A stretch of 64,000 bases of DNA, from positions 3,157,144 to 3,221,143 of the forward strand of contig CAJINV010000012.1 in NCBI GenBank assembly GCA_905178155.1. The letters are read 5' to 3'. The stretch comes from Amoebophrya sp. A120 (Eukaryota; Protista; Dinoflagellata). Below, one piece after another: positions 1 to 12,271 of the stretch (its first letter is position 1; each line of letters opens with the position of its first letter). Below the pieces are notes generated by a model. That model was not told the DNA's origin, did no database searches, and saw only the letters and a program-made list of their open reading frames with translations. The translations under genes were made by a program, and so were the position numbers.

Positions 1-199
1 CAGCTCGTGTTTGTTTCTTTACCCGAGCTGTATCGGTCGGCTGAGGAGTCGGGTTGAGTCGGTTCCTGGGTCGGTTCCTGGGTAGGCTGTACCCCCCCCC
101 GTGTTAAATCCACTGTCCCCTCGTGTTACCTACCCCAAAACCTACCCTGGAACCTACCCTGGAACCAGGGTAGGAATGCCATTTTTGGCTAGTTGCTGC

Positions 200-310
200 A
201 GTTTCAATAGTAATATTTTTCTTAAGGTAAATCCGCATTACAAATTTTATTTCTCATGCTGGGAAAATTTGTAATGCATTTCTACGAGTGCGATACTTTT
301 GCATTTGATA
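200..310. mobile_element. Introner-like element family E, right end only (left end outside window or disrupted)
   Basis: Ends CGATACTTTTGCATTTGATA; body similar to 39068-39208. Confidence 0.7.
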
Positions 311-2029
311 GAACTGTTGGAGAAGCAGATCAAGCCGACAGCATATTGCGAGGAAAAATTCCCCCTGGCCATAACGGAAACGAAATTTGTGATGCTGTAT
401 TTGAGTACACAAATCGACTTGTATTGCTAGAAGGCCAAGAGACGCAGTCGCGGCCTCGTTTGCAGGCTATTTGTCATGCTGTTTCCCACTTCCAGCGGCC
501 TCCTGTCATGCTGAAGATGCAGCGGCTTGTTCCCAGGCCACCCAGCACTGCAGTCCTTGACTTTTTTCCCCTCTAAAATGACAAAACGACTTGTGTACAC
601 AAGTCCCGCATCACAGACTTCCATTTTGATATGGGGAGGGGAGATCTTTCATTTTGATACGGCACGGGAGCAGTACTTGCGGATCCAAAACCTCGAGGGG
701 GAGTTGGCGAACGACATCAAAATGCGGCTGACGACGGACTATTTGATGGTGCAGTCGGACTTCGCAAACATCTCGCACTATTACAATGAAGAATGCCCGC
801 ACCCCCCAATTTGCAAAAATTTGTCATGCAAAGTTTCCAAATGAAAGCTTTTTGTCTTGCATGAAAGAATTGCGAGCCTTTCTGACGCAGAATCTAGGTG
901 CGTAAGGTGCCTTGTGCATAACAGATCCGGCTACTGTTGGGCCCCTTCGCAACACAAATTCGAGCTATTCAGCATGGAAAATTTGTGATGCTGAGATATG
1001 CAAGACGGGAAATGTTTCTTATTCTTTCTGAAAGGTTTGGAATACATATGGTGCCAAGGGTGGGGTGGGGGCATTTTTCACTGTAATACGCACGAGATGA
1101 AATTCATCGAGGAGAAGGTAAGTACTAGATTGTTGTTACTATCGCTTGTTTCAACGTCATGATCTCATGGTCATGCAAAGCCTAATGCAAGAATCATATC
1201 AACCTTGTCCCAGTGTTCGTTGACGTATCTATTCTGCATGGAGTTCTTGTAAGTAATCTTGCAGGTAAGTGCCTTGTCCGCGCAGAAAGCCGAGTTGGAG
1301 CAGAAACTGCAAGAGATTACCGAGAAGACGACAAAACTCCAACAAGAGAATAAAACCATGTTCGAAGAGGTTGGTTTTGGGTTTCATATGGAGTTCAAAA
1401 GTATCGTACTCGTATTGCAATCATGCATTACAGTTCAAAGGTAAATCAGCATTACAAATTATAATTTTATTTCTCATGCTCATGCTGATGAAACTTGTAA
1501 TGCATTTATACGAATACGATGCTTTTGCAGTTCATATTGCAAGCGCGGAAGCAAATCCCCGATAAGATCAACGAGGCGGAGGAGAAAGCCCGGCGGGTTT
1601 TGTCGGCGCTGAATCTGCAAGAGACGCAGTTGATAGAGAAAATAGAGGAGAACAAGAAGAAAAAAATCGAATTAAGCGCGGAATACGATCGGACGAAGGA
1701 GGAATTGCATCTCAGCAGGGACGATTTCGAGAAGGAAGTTGCGAAAAACACGAAAGTATTCTACAAACTGCGGGCGGCATATGCAAGAAAAAAATTGTGT
1801 AAGTGTAACTTTGTATATGCAGAACATGCAACAGAGTTACACCTGTCATTCCAGACAAGCATGAAGTCCTCTTTTCATGTGTGTTTTCCCTTACAAGCCA
1901 CGCATGACAGGTTTCGCTGTCTTTGTGATGCTGCCAACCAAGGAAAGTTACACTAACACAGTTTTTTTCTTGCATACGGCAAAGCCCTCAGTTAGTACGA
2001 AGTACGAGAAATTTTACATAAAGTCGTAG
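311..2029 (+). CDS. Coiled-coil protein of unknown function, 5'-partial; interrupted by 4 TIR elements and a GT-AG intron (1118-1264)
   Basis: Frame restored after excision: ELLEKQIKPTAREQYLRIQNLEGELANDIKMRL...SH|EMKFIEEK|VSALSAQKAELEQKLQ...RAA|KPSVSTKYEKFYIKS* (TAG 2027-2029). Confidence 0.75.
344..659. mobile_element. Introner-like element family B (TAT-N6-GAAAAATCCCCC)
   Basis: TIRs; DR CAGCA/CGGCA. Confidence 0.85.
779..1088. mobile_element. Introner-like element, singleton family
   Basis: TIR TATTACAATGAAGAATGCCC / GGGCATTTTTCACTGTAATA; DR CGCAC. Confidence 0.88.
1387..1536. mobile_element. Introner-like element family E (TAT-N4-TGCAAAAGTATCG)
   Basis: TIRs; DR TTTCA/TTGCA. Confidence 0.85.
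1780..1976. mobile_element. Introner-like element family D (TAT..AGAAAAAA-TGT)
   Basis: TIRs; DR CGGCA. Confidence 0.9.
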
Positions 2030-3023
2030 CTGATTGTCGTGTTTTTCGCTAGAAACTATAGACATTACAACTCTTCTAATGATTGACTTTTACTATCAAT
2101 GCAACCAAAAGTTAGTAAACTACCCATGGCATAATTATGACGTGATATTCTTGACTTGAAACCAAGTTTCGATTCTTGTAGATTTTGCTTCCCACTTTGT
2201 ACAAAGGAATCTAGCCGACATTGGCTTAACAATTGTTTCAAATTTTTGTCTCAAGTAAATTATGTACAAACTCTACCAAGGAGTCGTCTTGCAACTCATT
2301 GTACGAACACCACTTTTCTTGACCGCAGGACGCTTTGCACGTGCACCCCATGAAAAATGCAGGAATAAAGCGAATTAATGTATTAAAACATTGTGCCGCA
2401 GGAGGATGTTGGCAGGAAAAAAAAACACATTGGACGAACACCAGCCTTTTCAGGGGCAGTGAGAGGATACTTACACTTAGGTACCACCGCCTCCATCTGT
2501 TACCATGATCGGACACGGCCCGCCGGGCTGTTTGTGCAGCTTGAGGACGCGGTTTGGGGGGAGCGCTCAGCTACTTCGTCTGGTTTTCGTTTCGGTGTGC
2601 TGATAGCATCGGCATTTTTGCATGTTGCACTGACTCGTGGTCGTTCTCCTTGGCATTCTAGAAGTACCACTGATCGTCGTGCTGGAGAGTAGAGGTGGAC
2701 AAAAAGAAAGTCGTGGGAAGTTGGAGTGAGGCGGTTTTGCTTTTGTCCGGCGGTTCATGCAGGTTCGTGTTTCCAAGTCGTTATCGTGAACCCGAGCAGA
2801 TGACCGATGCGCAGTCGCTTGGGAGTAGAGAGTGCTTTCTCCTCCAAACCATACAACTGTAAAGCATTGACCACCATTATAGGCACCCCACCCTTGCGCG
2901 CGGTGAGAAGGAGCAGCTCTCCGATACTTGTGGTAAACACCACGCTTCTGCAACGTCGTGTAATTACAATTTCTTGTTCGGATCGGCGAATTGAAATAGA
3001 CACAAGCTACATCTACATCAACC

Positions 3024-6000
3024 ATGGCCTCTCAAAAGCTGCGTTCAGCGCCGTTGCAGGATGTGGACCCGAAGCAGATTACCATGTGTAAAAACGCACA
3101 TACCCCATAGTCAAATCGAGAAGTTTAGATCTTATCTGTCAGAAGGCGGCTGCGCATGGGAAGTTTGGATCTGTACTGTAGTCTTCGCGGCTTTACTTAG
3201 CGACAGCGAGGGCAGGTGCAGTCGCAGCACAAATTTCCTTGCTCATCCGGGTTTCCGGGGAGATGATGCATCATGTTGGGGTTGCGCATGAGATACATTT
3301 TTCGCCTGTGAGACTTGCATGACAAAAACTTCTCGAGGTTGGGTACGTTCTATTTACACATGATACAGATGGTGGAGTGGGTCCAGGACAACCAGCACGC
3401 CATCGAGGAAAACGTATGAGAGTGCAGAACTCCCCACCTTGCTTTCCATTTGTCATGCAAAGTGCAAATCCAGTCTTCGCCTTCTGGCACAGTGTGCATG
3501 AGAAAATCCAGAACCGGCCCAATTAGTATTAGACTCGGGGCGAAGCTGCAACCTTGTCATGTACAGGCTTCGTGTTTCGGGGTGTTTGTTTCTACTGCTC
3601 CTGGCCATGATGCCCGCAGACGTGTGGGGGAGTTGTGAACGGTCATAAAACCTGGTTGCTTTTGAGAAGCTGGACAACATACTGGACAGGGTAAGTTCTC
3701 ATTGAGAATTTTTCAGATCAAGACAACATGAATATGCAAGAATGTCGTGTCTAGCAGTACGCACCTTATATCACGATTTATTTATGTAGGTGGCGTACAT
3801 TCGGCAGCAGAGGCAGGAGCATTTCGAAATGATGGTGAACGCTTTTTTACGGGTGCACAAGAATGGCCAAAAAGAGATGCAGGGGTACCTCAGCCTGCTG
3901 CACGAGACCCATTCGATGTCCGTAGATCCAGCGGCGAGCCGAAAGCTCTTCTGGAAGCAGACCAAGGTCGCCACTGAGGCAAAGGTACTTTCAATTACTT
4001 ACTACTAGTAGCATTGCTGTTGCATAAAGATTGATAGAGTACGTGTCTGATGTTGCATGGTCCTCACCAGCAAGCGAGGTTGCTCGTTCTGCTGGTGCAC
4101 TAGCATCGACTACATTTATTTTTGCAACAATCAATCACAGAACGACCCCGGCGGCCAGCCCGAGTTTTTTGTGGAGGCTTTGCGGGACTACGCCTTGCGC
4201 GACGACTTCATGACGCACATCTACGTGCGGACCGCGCAGAGAGTATCACAAGGAAAAATCCCCCCTCCCCATATCAAAAGGAAGTTTCTGATGCTGGCTT
4301 TGCGTATACAAATCAGGTTTGTCTTGCAATAGAGGACTGCAGGCTCCTGCCAAGCCTGAGTAGAGAGCTTTTGGCCTAGCCGCTTAGCTTGAGCGACGAC
4401 TATGCTGTAGGCCCAACGGCATCACAAACCGCCTGCATAATGTGGCAGGGCCCGTGGAGTTGTCTTCTTGCAAGACAGACGTGATTTGTGGTCTCAAATC
4501 AGCAAGACAAATCTTCAGAAGCATACCGCTTCGATATCGGGAGGGGGGACTTTTCCTCTCAATAGAGAGAGAAGATGGCCGAGAACGTGGCGAAGATACT
4601 AGAAGAGCAGCTGAAAATATTGCAAGAAAAAAGTGTTACAGTTACACATTGTGTTGCAGGCCAAGCAAGACAGACAAGCTCTGTCATGCCGGATATGCAT
4701 AGGAGCGGCGTTTCATACGTGTTTTCCCGTAGGATTTCTGCATTACAAGTTTTCTCACTCATGCAGAGAAATTTGCGTTGCTGAATTCACTACAAACGTG
4801 TAACTGTAACACTTTTTTCGTGGGATAGAAAAAAGTCGCATTAGAGTATACGGTTTAATAGATACTTCTGTTGCCTGTTCAATGACATCATGTGCGTTGA
4901 GAAATAACTACGTGTTCTTCTGTAAAGCGCTGTAGCCCACGATGAAGAAATAGCAAAAGCAAAACACATGACGACCGTATTGTGAGGAAAAACGTCCCCA
5001 CCCCAGAGTCAAGATGGGGATTTTGCAACACAAACCTTGAAGTTTTGGGACTCACGCATCACAAGTTGCAATTCGTAGTGCAGTGCAGGTGACGAGCAAG
5101 GACAAACACATCACAAAGCCATCTGCTTGTCCTGGTAACAGCATTACAAATCCCAAAACACGACTAGAAACGCCTCTCATGGAGATGCGCATTACAGATG
5201 TTCCTGTCATTGCAAATCTGCATCACAACTCTGGTGTGGGGAGGTTTTTACAAATGATAACCGCTTTCCAAGGTCGGACCGTAAGGTCGAAGAGCTTCGG
5301 CAAGCTTCGATGACGTATCAAATGCAAATATCAATGGGTCTGGAAACCTGTGATGCTGAAGTGCGCATGATTGCAACGCTTGCATTGGCAGCCAAGCATG
5401 GCAACCGTTGCTTGGGGACTCTTTCTGATACCTCACAGGCATCACTGCATGACACCGAAGGCTTCCCACTTGCTGTTCATGCAACACAGATTTTCTAGGA
5501 ATGCAAGCCACGCATTACAAGTTCCACCTTTCCAGACCCAGACATGTTTGCATTTGATATGACAGCATTGGAGGCAATCAACCAGGAGATGCTCCTCAAG
5601 CAGGACTATGCACTGCAAAAGTACCGTACTAGTATAAATCGCATGACAAATAATTTCCTCAGCATGAGAAATGAAATTTGTAATGCGGATTGCACTTGGC
5701 AGAACAATTTGTAATGCATAAATGCGAGGATTAGTACGAGCGCGATACTTTTGGAATGCATAAGGACGAACACAGTCTTATGCTGGTCGAGAAGGACAAG
5801 CTTGAGGAGCAGCGAAAAGCCATGGAGCAATCTGTCGCGGAGATACAGGACCAGATACAACCGCTATGGGAACAAGAAAAAAATGTGATACAGTTACACC
5901 TGGTCGTGATGTTCTTGCACCAGTAGCAGCAGACCAAGCAAGACAGACGAGGCCTGTAGTCATGCCGGATATAATGCTGAGGAGCTTCGTTTCATACGTG

Positions 6001-7202
6001 TTTACTTTCCTTACCATGATCATCGCCGCATTACCAGTTTCTTGTGTTTTCATGCAGAACAAGTTTGTGTTGCTGTGCTGACTGCATAAAACATAATGCG
6101 TAAAAATTGTAACACTTTTTTCCGAGGATAAGCGCTGCAGGAGAAGTACTACCTCGAGCAGGGGAGAAGGATGCAACTAGAGGATTCCTTGAAGCAGATG
6201 CAGTCGCGGTATGAAGAACTAGAGATGGACTTGGCGGCAAAGAAGGTATAATAAACCACTTTTTCTTCCTGTTGCGCGTGTTTTATTTCCTCTGTCTCGT
6301 CCTATTCTAGCGTTTTTTTTTGTCATGCGGGTCGTGATCGAAGAGCATACGGCGTGGCCTGTCTACTCCACGCATCATATTGAGAAAAACATGTTTGGAT
6401 TTGCCAGATGACGCTCCGATCCGACGCAGAAGAGTATGGCGAAAAGATCAAGCATATGAACTGCAAAAATGTCTAGGTCTGGAAGATTGCCAGGTTTGTC
6501 ATGCATATTTTGAATGACCCATGATGTCTGTGATGCATGCTCTAGCATCGCAGATCTATCGAGGGCTTTGCGATGCCTCTACCGCATGAGAAATGTCCTA
6601 TCCGCGAAGCACAAACTGGAGTCCTCTTGCTGGTCATGCAATACAATTTTTTTTAGAATCCAAACACAGCATCACAAGTTTAGAATCTTCCAGACCCAGA
6701 CATTTTTGCATTTGATAAAGCATTTAAAAGAGGAGCTGGCAGATTTGGAGAAGGAGAACAAAAGGCTAGAGGACAAGTGCCACCATATGATCCTGAGTAC
6801 TAAACACGTCCCCACGAGCTCATGCTCCGCTTGGGAAATCTGCAAGACACACCAACAAGCTTTGGCTGTTGCGCATGACAAGTGGATTGGGTTCATCGCA
6901 ATGTACTAAAAATCGCGTCTAGCTAGTGCAGCAGCATCACAAATCTAGCGTCTCATGCCGATTTGTCGAGCGTCAGAAATTCCAGAACTACATCACATAG
7001 GAATAAATGTGTCTCATGGCACCCTCCGCATGAGTAAAGACATCTGAAGCTGCATGCACATCTGCATCACAAGAACTCCGGGGTCGTGGGGACGTTTTTA
7101 CTAAGGATATACCAGCTGGAGAAGGAGCTCAACGACACCGAAGGAAGTTTAGTGGACGAGCAAGACCGGGGGAGCGCTATGCAGGGCCAGATCGACAGTT
7201 AA
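3024..7202 (+). CDS. Coiled-coil protein of unknown function; 10 TIR elements and 4 GT-AG introns
   Basis: MASQKLRSAPLQDVDPKQ|MVEWVQDNQHAIEEN|LVAFEKLDNILDR|VAYIRQQRQEHF...KHLKEELADLEKENKRLEDKC...QGQIDS*; the acceptor near 4930-4955 is ambiguous. Confidence 0.75.
3080..3365. mobile_element. Introner-like element family C (TAT-N6-TAAAAACGTCCCC), TAC left end
   Basis: Degenerate TIRs; DR CAGAT. Confidence 0.85.
3415..3647. mobile_element. Introner-like element family F (TATGAnAGTGCAnAACTCCCC)
   Basis: TIRs; DR AAACG/AAACC. Confidence 0.85.
4244..4564. mobile_element. Introner-like element family B
   Basis: TIRs; DR GAGAG. Confidence 0.9.
4618..4827. mobile_element. Introner-like element family D
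   Basis: TIRs; DR GAAAA. Confidence 0.9.
4978..5259. mobile_element. Introner-like element family C
   Basis: TIRs; 4-bp DR ACCG. Confidence 0.85.
5316..5559. mobile_element. Introner-like element family A (TAT-N4-TGYAAAAATGTCTGGGTCTGGAA)
   Basis: TIRs; DR TGACG/TGACA. Confidence 0.88.
5607..5762. mobile_element. Introner-like element family E
   Basis: TIRs; DR AGGAC. Confidence 0.9.
5865..6130. mobile_element. Introner-like element family D
   Basis: TIRs; DR ACCGC/AGCGC. Confidence 0.85.
6455..6717. mobile_element. Introner-like element family A
   Basis: TIRs; DR AAGCA. Confidence 0.9.
6786..7109. mobile_element. Introner-like element family C
   Basis: Degenerate TIRs; DR CACCA/TACCA. 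Confidence 0.82.
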
Positions 7203-8363
7203 AAGATTTCCATTCTTTTGTAGACGAGTTGTTTCTGATAGATGAGCATACTGTAAATTCTGTCGATTTGTTAATATTGACAACATGCATGATGGTAGGA
7301 GTAAGTAGGCTACTTACTAGATTCTACAGCTTTTCTGTGTTGTACTGAATTCGAACGTCGAGTTTTGATATTCGAGCTGTACTTCTTGTCATGTTGGCAA
7401 GTAGAATTCCAATTCCTAGAAGATGAAGAACTACAAACGGCTGAGCAAAAATGATCATCGCCATTTTAGTACCCATGTACCAACCAAATTTTTCCCACCG
7501 AAACTCCACCAAACTGGCAGGAGATTGATTCCAAATATTGCGTAAAAACGCGACCACAATGTACGATAACGTAGGACAGCTCGCAAGGACTGTAGTGCGC
7601 GTAAACCCCCCCCCCCGCGGCGGAAAAATGCTTGGCGAAAAATGAACCCAATCTTGTATCAAAAACGAATGGAACTACATGACACTGTAGATGAAATTTT
7701 GAAAAAAAGACAAATCGTTCGGAAGATGAGAAAGTACGACCGACACGCTTTTCGTCCTCGTACAAAGGATTTTCGCAATTATCAGCTCGTACGTGCAAAT
7801 GAAAAAAGCTGTTCCACAGCATCGTGCATATAGAAACACAGAGCGAAATCAGAAAAAACTTTTTCGCAAATAGACCGAAAGACAGAACGAGCAGACTGAG
7901 AAGGATGAAGATCTTCAAAAAAAGATTGATCGACGACAGAATGAAAGTTATGGTTTTGATGTCGCACGGACGAGACATAATAATTTGGAGTTTCATTTTT
8001 CTTGCGCAATTTATTTTGATTTTCCTCACAGGACCTTGTTTCAGTCCCCCAGCAATTATGTACTGCAGCGACAAGAGGTAGTAGCAAGTCCTTGTAGCTT
8101 TACGAGCTTCATTACAAGCATAACTGTTCCTTCTACTCATAGTCTTCCTCCCTATAGCGACTCAATATTTATTCTTCACAACAAGTATCAAGTTTCAACA
8201 TCTTCTAGCGACGATTCCTTGTAAAAAAGATTATTTTTGAATTACACTCGTGAAGATACAAGTAGAACTAAGTCATGAGTAGGACAACTCAGAAGTCGTG
8301 AGAGACGACGGACAAGATAGTACATGATAAAAAAATAAAGCAATAACCTGAAATAAATAAATC

Positions 8364-11300
8364 ATGTTTTCCAACCGCGGAACAAAACCCGTCCAATCCT
8401 GGACGTCTGCGGTGTACAATCGGGCCTACGATGGGCATATGGATTGCAAAAATGTCTGGGTCTGGAAGGGTGTAAACTTGTCATGCTAAGTCTGGATAGT
8501 ACAGAAATTTGTGTTGCATGATTACCAAAAATCGTCCACGTTTGAACAAGTGTAGCGGCAGTTTGTCATGCGAGATAGACAAGATAGAGACTTCATAGAA
8601 CCTGTCATGCTAAGTCCTGCATTGCAGACCTCTTGGGGCATGCAAAATATTCATGACAAGTCTGCATTTTTACAGACCCAGACACTTTTGCATTTGATAG
8701 GGCAATCCGCGACCGTTTCCTGGACCAAGTCCGCCGGTACGTTTGCGCCGACGGGACATGACACAAAGACGGGGGATCTCGCCATCGGCCCGGAGCTGCC
8801 ATCAGTGGTCACCGCATCCGAGATGTTGGCGCACAAAAGTACTTACTTTTATAAGTGCGTGTTGTTTTATATATGTCTTGTTTCTGTTTTATTTGTGCGT
8901 ATGCGTAAGCAGTTTGCACTTGCAGCGCTATAATGATGTCGATTCCAATTGATTTTACTGGCCTGGATTATAATTTCCAAAATATTTACCAACCTCACAT
9001 CGAACAGATAAGAACAACAAGAAGGACGGGAAGCACGTGCGGTACGCAGCTGGTAAGTACTGGGAGGACAAAACGCTGGAGGATTGGGAAGAAAACGACT
9101 TCCGCCTGTTCGCGGGCGACTTGGGAAACGTATCAAATGCAAAAATGTCTGGGTGATCTGGAAAAGCACAACTTTGTCATGCACATTTTCCATGATCCAT
9201 GATGTCTGTGATGTATGCCATAGCATCACAGATTTTTTGAGCGCTTATCCATGCGCATCCAGCATGACAAATGCCCTCTCCGCGTAGCCAAATTTGAATC
9301 CTCTTGCTGGTCATGCAATACATCACATTGGCATCGAAATGCAGCATCACAAGTTCCAGACCCAGACATTTTTGCATTTGATAAAACGAAGTCACCGACG
9401 ACTTGCTCGGGAACGCGTTTCGGAAATACAAGACGTACCAGAAGGCGAAAGTGATTCGGAACAAGATATTGTGAGGAAAAATCCCCCCGCCCCATACCAA
9501 GACAGGATACTTCTCAAAATTTGTGATGCTGATTTGAGGCCACAAATCGTCTCTGTATTGCTAGAAGGCAAATCCAAAAACCCCGCTGCGTTCTGCAGGC
9601 AATTTGTAATGCTGTGTGGCCTATGGAGGATATGCCTGCCATGCTGGGCGCCTACACCAAAACGCCCCTACTCCGGCTTTCTATCTGTCTGCAGTCCTCT
9701 ACTGCAAGACAATTCCGATTTGTGTACACAAATCCCGCATCACAGATTTCCATTTCGATATGGGGAGGGGGGATTTTTCCTTTTGATACAAGAGAACCGG
9801 AAAAACCAGGGGTTACGGATTTGTCTCCTTTGGCCACCCGGAGGACATGATCCAGGCGCTCCGGGACTTGAACGGAAAGTATAAATATTCTTGAGATTAT
9901 TTTATGATTTATGTTTTTACCTTGGTTTCGGTTGGTCTTGGTATGCAATACAAATTTCTTCCCGTTCATGTACAGAATAATGCATGACAAATTTCACAAA
10001 GTTGGAGTGTCTTACTTGTCATGCTGACGAAGATTGATGCCAAGTTCTCTCATGCGGAAACGGCATCTATGCGCACGTGTCCGGGATGAAATGTTTTCGA
10101 TTTCGTGTGGATAGATTACTTTGCTCGCTTGTCGTGTGGTTCCCGTATGATTCATCAAAAAGCGGCCAGACTACACTAGTCTCGTCGGCTTGTTGTTGTA
10201 TTGCAGAAATGCTGCTCCTGCTGCTGCATCGGTAGTTCTTGTACAGTTGTTTCCAATTTTTAATGAAAATGTTCTCCGTAATATCACAGGTACATAGGCA
10301 ACCGGCCCATACGGCTAAAGAAGTCTACTTGGGAAAAGCGCGCCGCGGAGTCAGAACACAACCAGAAGCTGCTCCGTTACGAAACTATCACGGAGGTGAA
10401 AAGCAAAACGCTGAAGAAGTTATGACAGTGCACAACTCCCCCTCCCCCTCATTTGTATAGCAGGAACGGCAATGCAAGCATCAATAAGAATGCCGGTTTT
10501 GCATGACAAATTTGCACTCGATTCGAATCCTATTTGGGCTAGCAGAACTTGTCATGCAACCAGTGCCACACGGCAGCGACTGGATTCGGGGTTTTGCATG
10601 ACAAATGAGGGGGAGGGGGAGTTCTGCACTGTCATAGAAGTTCAAGAAGATTCAGAACAAGGAGAAGAAGGACGAGTTGAAGGTTATCAAGCAGAACGAG
10701 AAGCATATGGAAGTGTCAGAATCGAAATTCACAAAATCGAAAAATTTGTGATGCATAAAATCGATACCAGTGGAAGCCTCAGTTTGTAAGTGGCGCATGA
10801 CAAATTTCGGGAGCACCCAAATCCAGTCTGTCATGGTGTTTGGGCAAGGAAGACTGCTCCTGTCATGCTACTCTGGCAGCACATTGCATACCCCTAAACA
10901 GGCTTGCAATCGGTCTCATTTGCCTGCTCCCCAATACAGGCCTCCAGTGCCCTACATTTTATGCATCACAAATTTTTCGTTTTTGTCGATTTCGATCCTG
11001 ACACATCCATAAAGCAGGCCCGGATACTGGAAACCGGGCTTATCTCCGCTGCCGCGCAGAGCAACGCGGAAAAGCAGCACCAGCTGCAGCAGGAACAGCT
11101 ATGCAGTGCAAAAGTATCGTACTAGTATAAATCGCAATACAAATTAGCTCAGCATTACAAACTTAAATTTGTAATGCTGATTTTCCTTAACAACTAGATT
11201 TGTAATGCATAACTGCAATTAGTACGAGTACGATACTTTTGCACTGCATAAAAGCACGCCAAGGCCGAGAAGAAGACGAATTTGGCGATGGCGGTGCCCG

Positions 11301-12271
11301 TATCAAATGCAAGAATGTCTGGGTCTGGAAGATTGCGAGATTTGTCATGCTGGTCTGGCACGACCAAAAAGTTTGTGATGCGTGTTCAAGAAGGGACCCT
11401 TTTGCCTGTCATGCAAAAACGCAGCGTGTCATGCGAAAAACGCAAGAACACAAAGAAGCGCAGATATTTCTCATGCTTGGCTGTGCATTACACAGAGCAT
11501 TCACCATTCCCAACGCAGCATTGCAAGTTTCCAGACCCAGACATATTTGCATTTGATAGCCCGGGCCGCGGTCCGGCAACATCCAGTACGTGGGCGTGGG
11601 GAGGTCCGCATCCGCGGCCGCGAACAACCAGCTGGGTTTATTGAGATGAAAAATCCCCCCACCCCATTATACTCAAACTGGAAATTTGTGATGCTGATTT
11701 GTATACACAAATGAAGATGTATTGCGACAAGAGCTTGTCGGCATGATATTCTAAGCCGATTAGGGTGCTGCGCATCCGGCTAGCAGCTGCGCATGAGAAA
11801 CAAGTTTGACATAGGCGAAAACGCATGACAGACTGACTGCACAATGCGCCACATGGGCGCCGCTTACCTTGTACGCAAGACAAAGCTGATTTGTGGTCAC
11901 AAATCAGCATCACAGATTTTCTTTTCAACATGGGGAGGGGGGATTTTTCCTTACGATAGGGTTCCCACGTCAAGATGCCGGGGTCCACCACGCAGGCGAA
12001 CGAGGGGGTCGCGTCCTTCGTGGCCGCGCCCGCGGAGATCGACGAGAATTACGTCGCGCCCAAGCCCATGTCGATCGAGGAGATGGACAAAAACAAGACC
12101 CGCCCAAGCTCCTTCGTCATCGGGATTGGCGGAAACTTGATTCAGGACGGACGGACTTACGCCATGAGAGGACGTATTCGATTATTTATTGCTTTTTTTG
12201 ATACTGTAATTTTAAAAAGTGGATGGGGAGGACATGATGATCATTATCTGTCAAAGATCTGCTCGTGCTGA
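8364..12271 (+). CDS. RBM42: RNA-binding protein 42-like (single RRM, U4/U6.U5 tri-snRNP associated); 8 TIR elements and GT-AG introns 8839-9007 and 9879-10289; 3' end uncertain
   Basis: Spliced product reads RYAAGKYWEDKTLEDWEENDFRLFAGDLGN|EVTDDLLGNAFRKYKTYQKAKVIRNK|RTGKTRGYGFVSFGHPEDMIQALRDLNGK|YIGNRPIRLKKSTW, the characteristic RBM42 RRM. Confidence 0.9.
8438..8699. mobile_element. Introner-like element family A
   Basis: TIRs; DR GGGCA. Confidence 0.9.
9131..9383. mobile_element. Introner-like element family A, inside the RBM42 RRM
   Basis: TIRs; DR AAACG; excision restores GDLGNEV. Confidence 0.93.
9467..9788. mobile_element. Introner-like element family B, inside the RBM42 RRM
   Basis: TIRs; DR CAAGA; excision restores RNKRTGKTRGYGFV. 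Confidence 0.93.
10421..10636. mobile_element. Introner-like element family F
   Basis: Near-perfect TIR over 30 bp; DR GAAGT. Confidence 0.92.
10706..11011. mobile_element. Introner-like element family G (TATGGAAGTGTCAGAATCGAAAT)
   Basis: TIR about 50 bp; DR AAGCA. Confidence 0.92.
11100..11250. mobile_element. Introner-like element family E
   Basis: TIR TATGCAGTGCAAAAGTATCGTACT; DR ACAGC/AAAGC. Confidence 0.9.
11301..11558. mobile_element. Introner-like element family A
   Basis: TIRs; DR GCCCG. Confidence 0.9.
11639..11958. mobile_element. Introner-like element family B
   Basis: TIRs; DR GGGTT. Confidence 0.9.

Noticed and set aside
178-190. GCCATTTTTGGCT resembling the dinoflagellate spliced leader (CCGTAGCCATTTTGGCTCAAG)
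   Set aside because: Only about 12 nt match with an indel and it is not placed before a start codon; compatible with chance
7466-8140. 224-aa minus-strand ORF and two Lys/Arg-rich plus-strand ORFs
   Set aside because: AT-rich, atypical codon usage, no recognisable motif; cannot support a gene call
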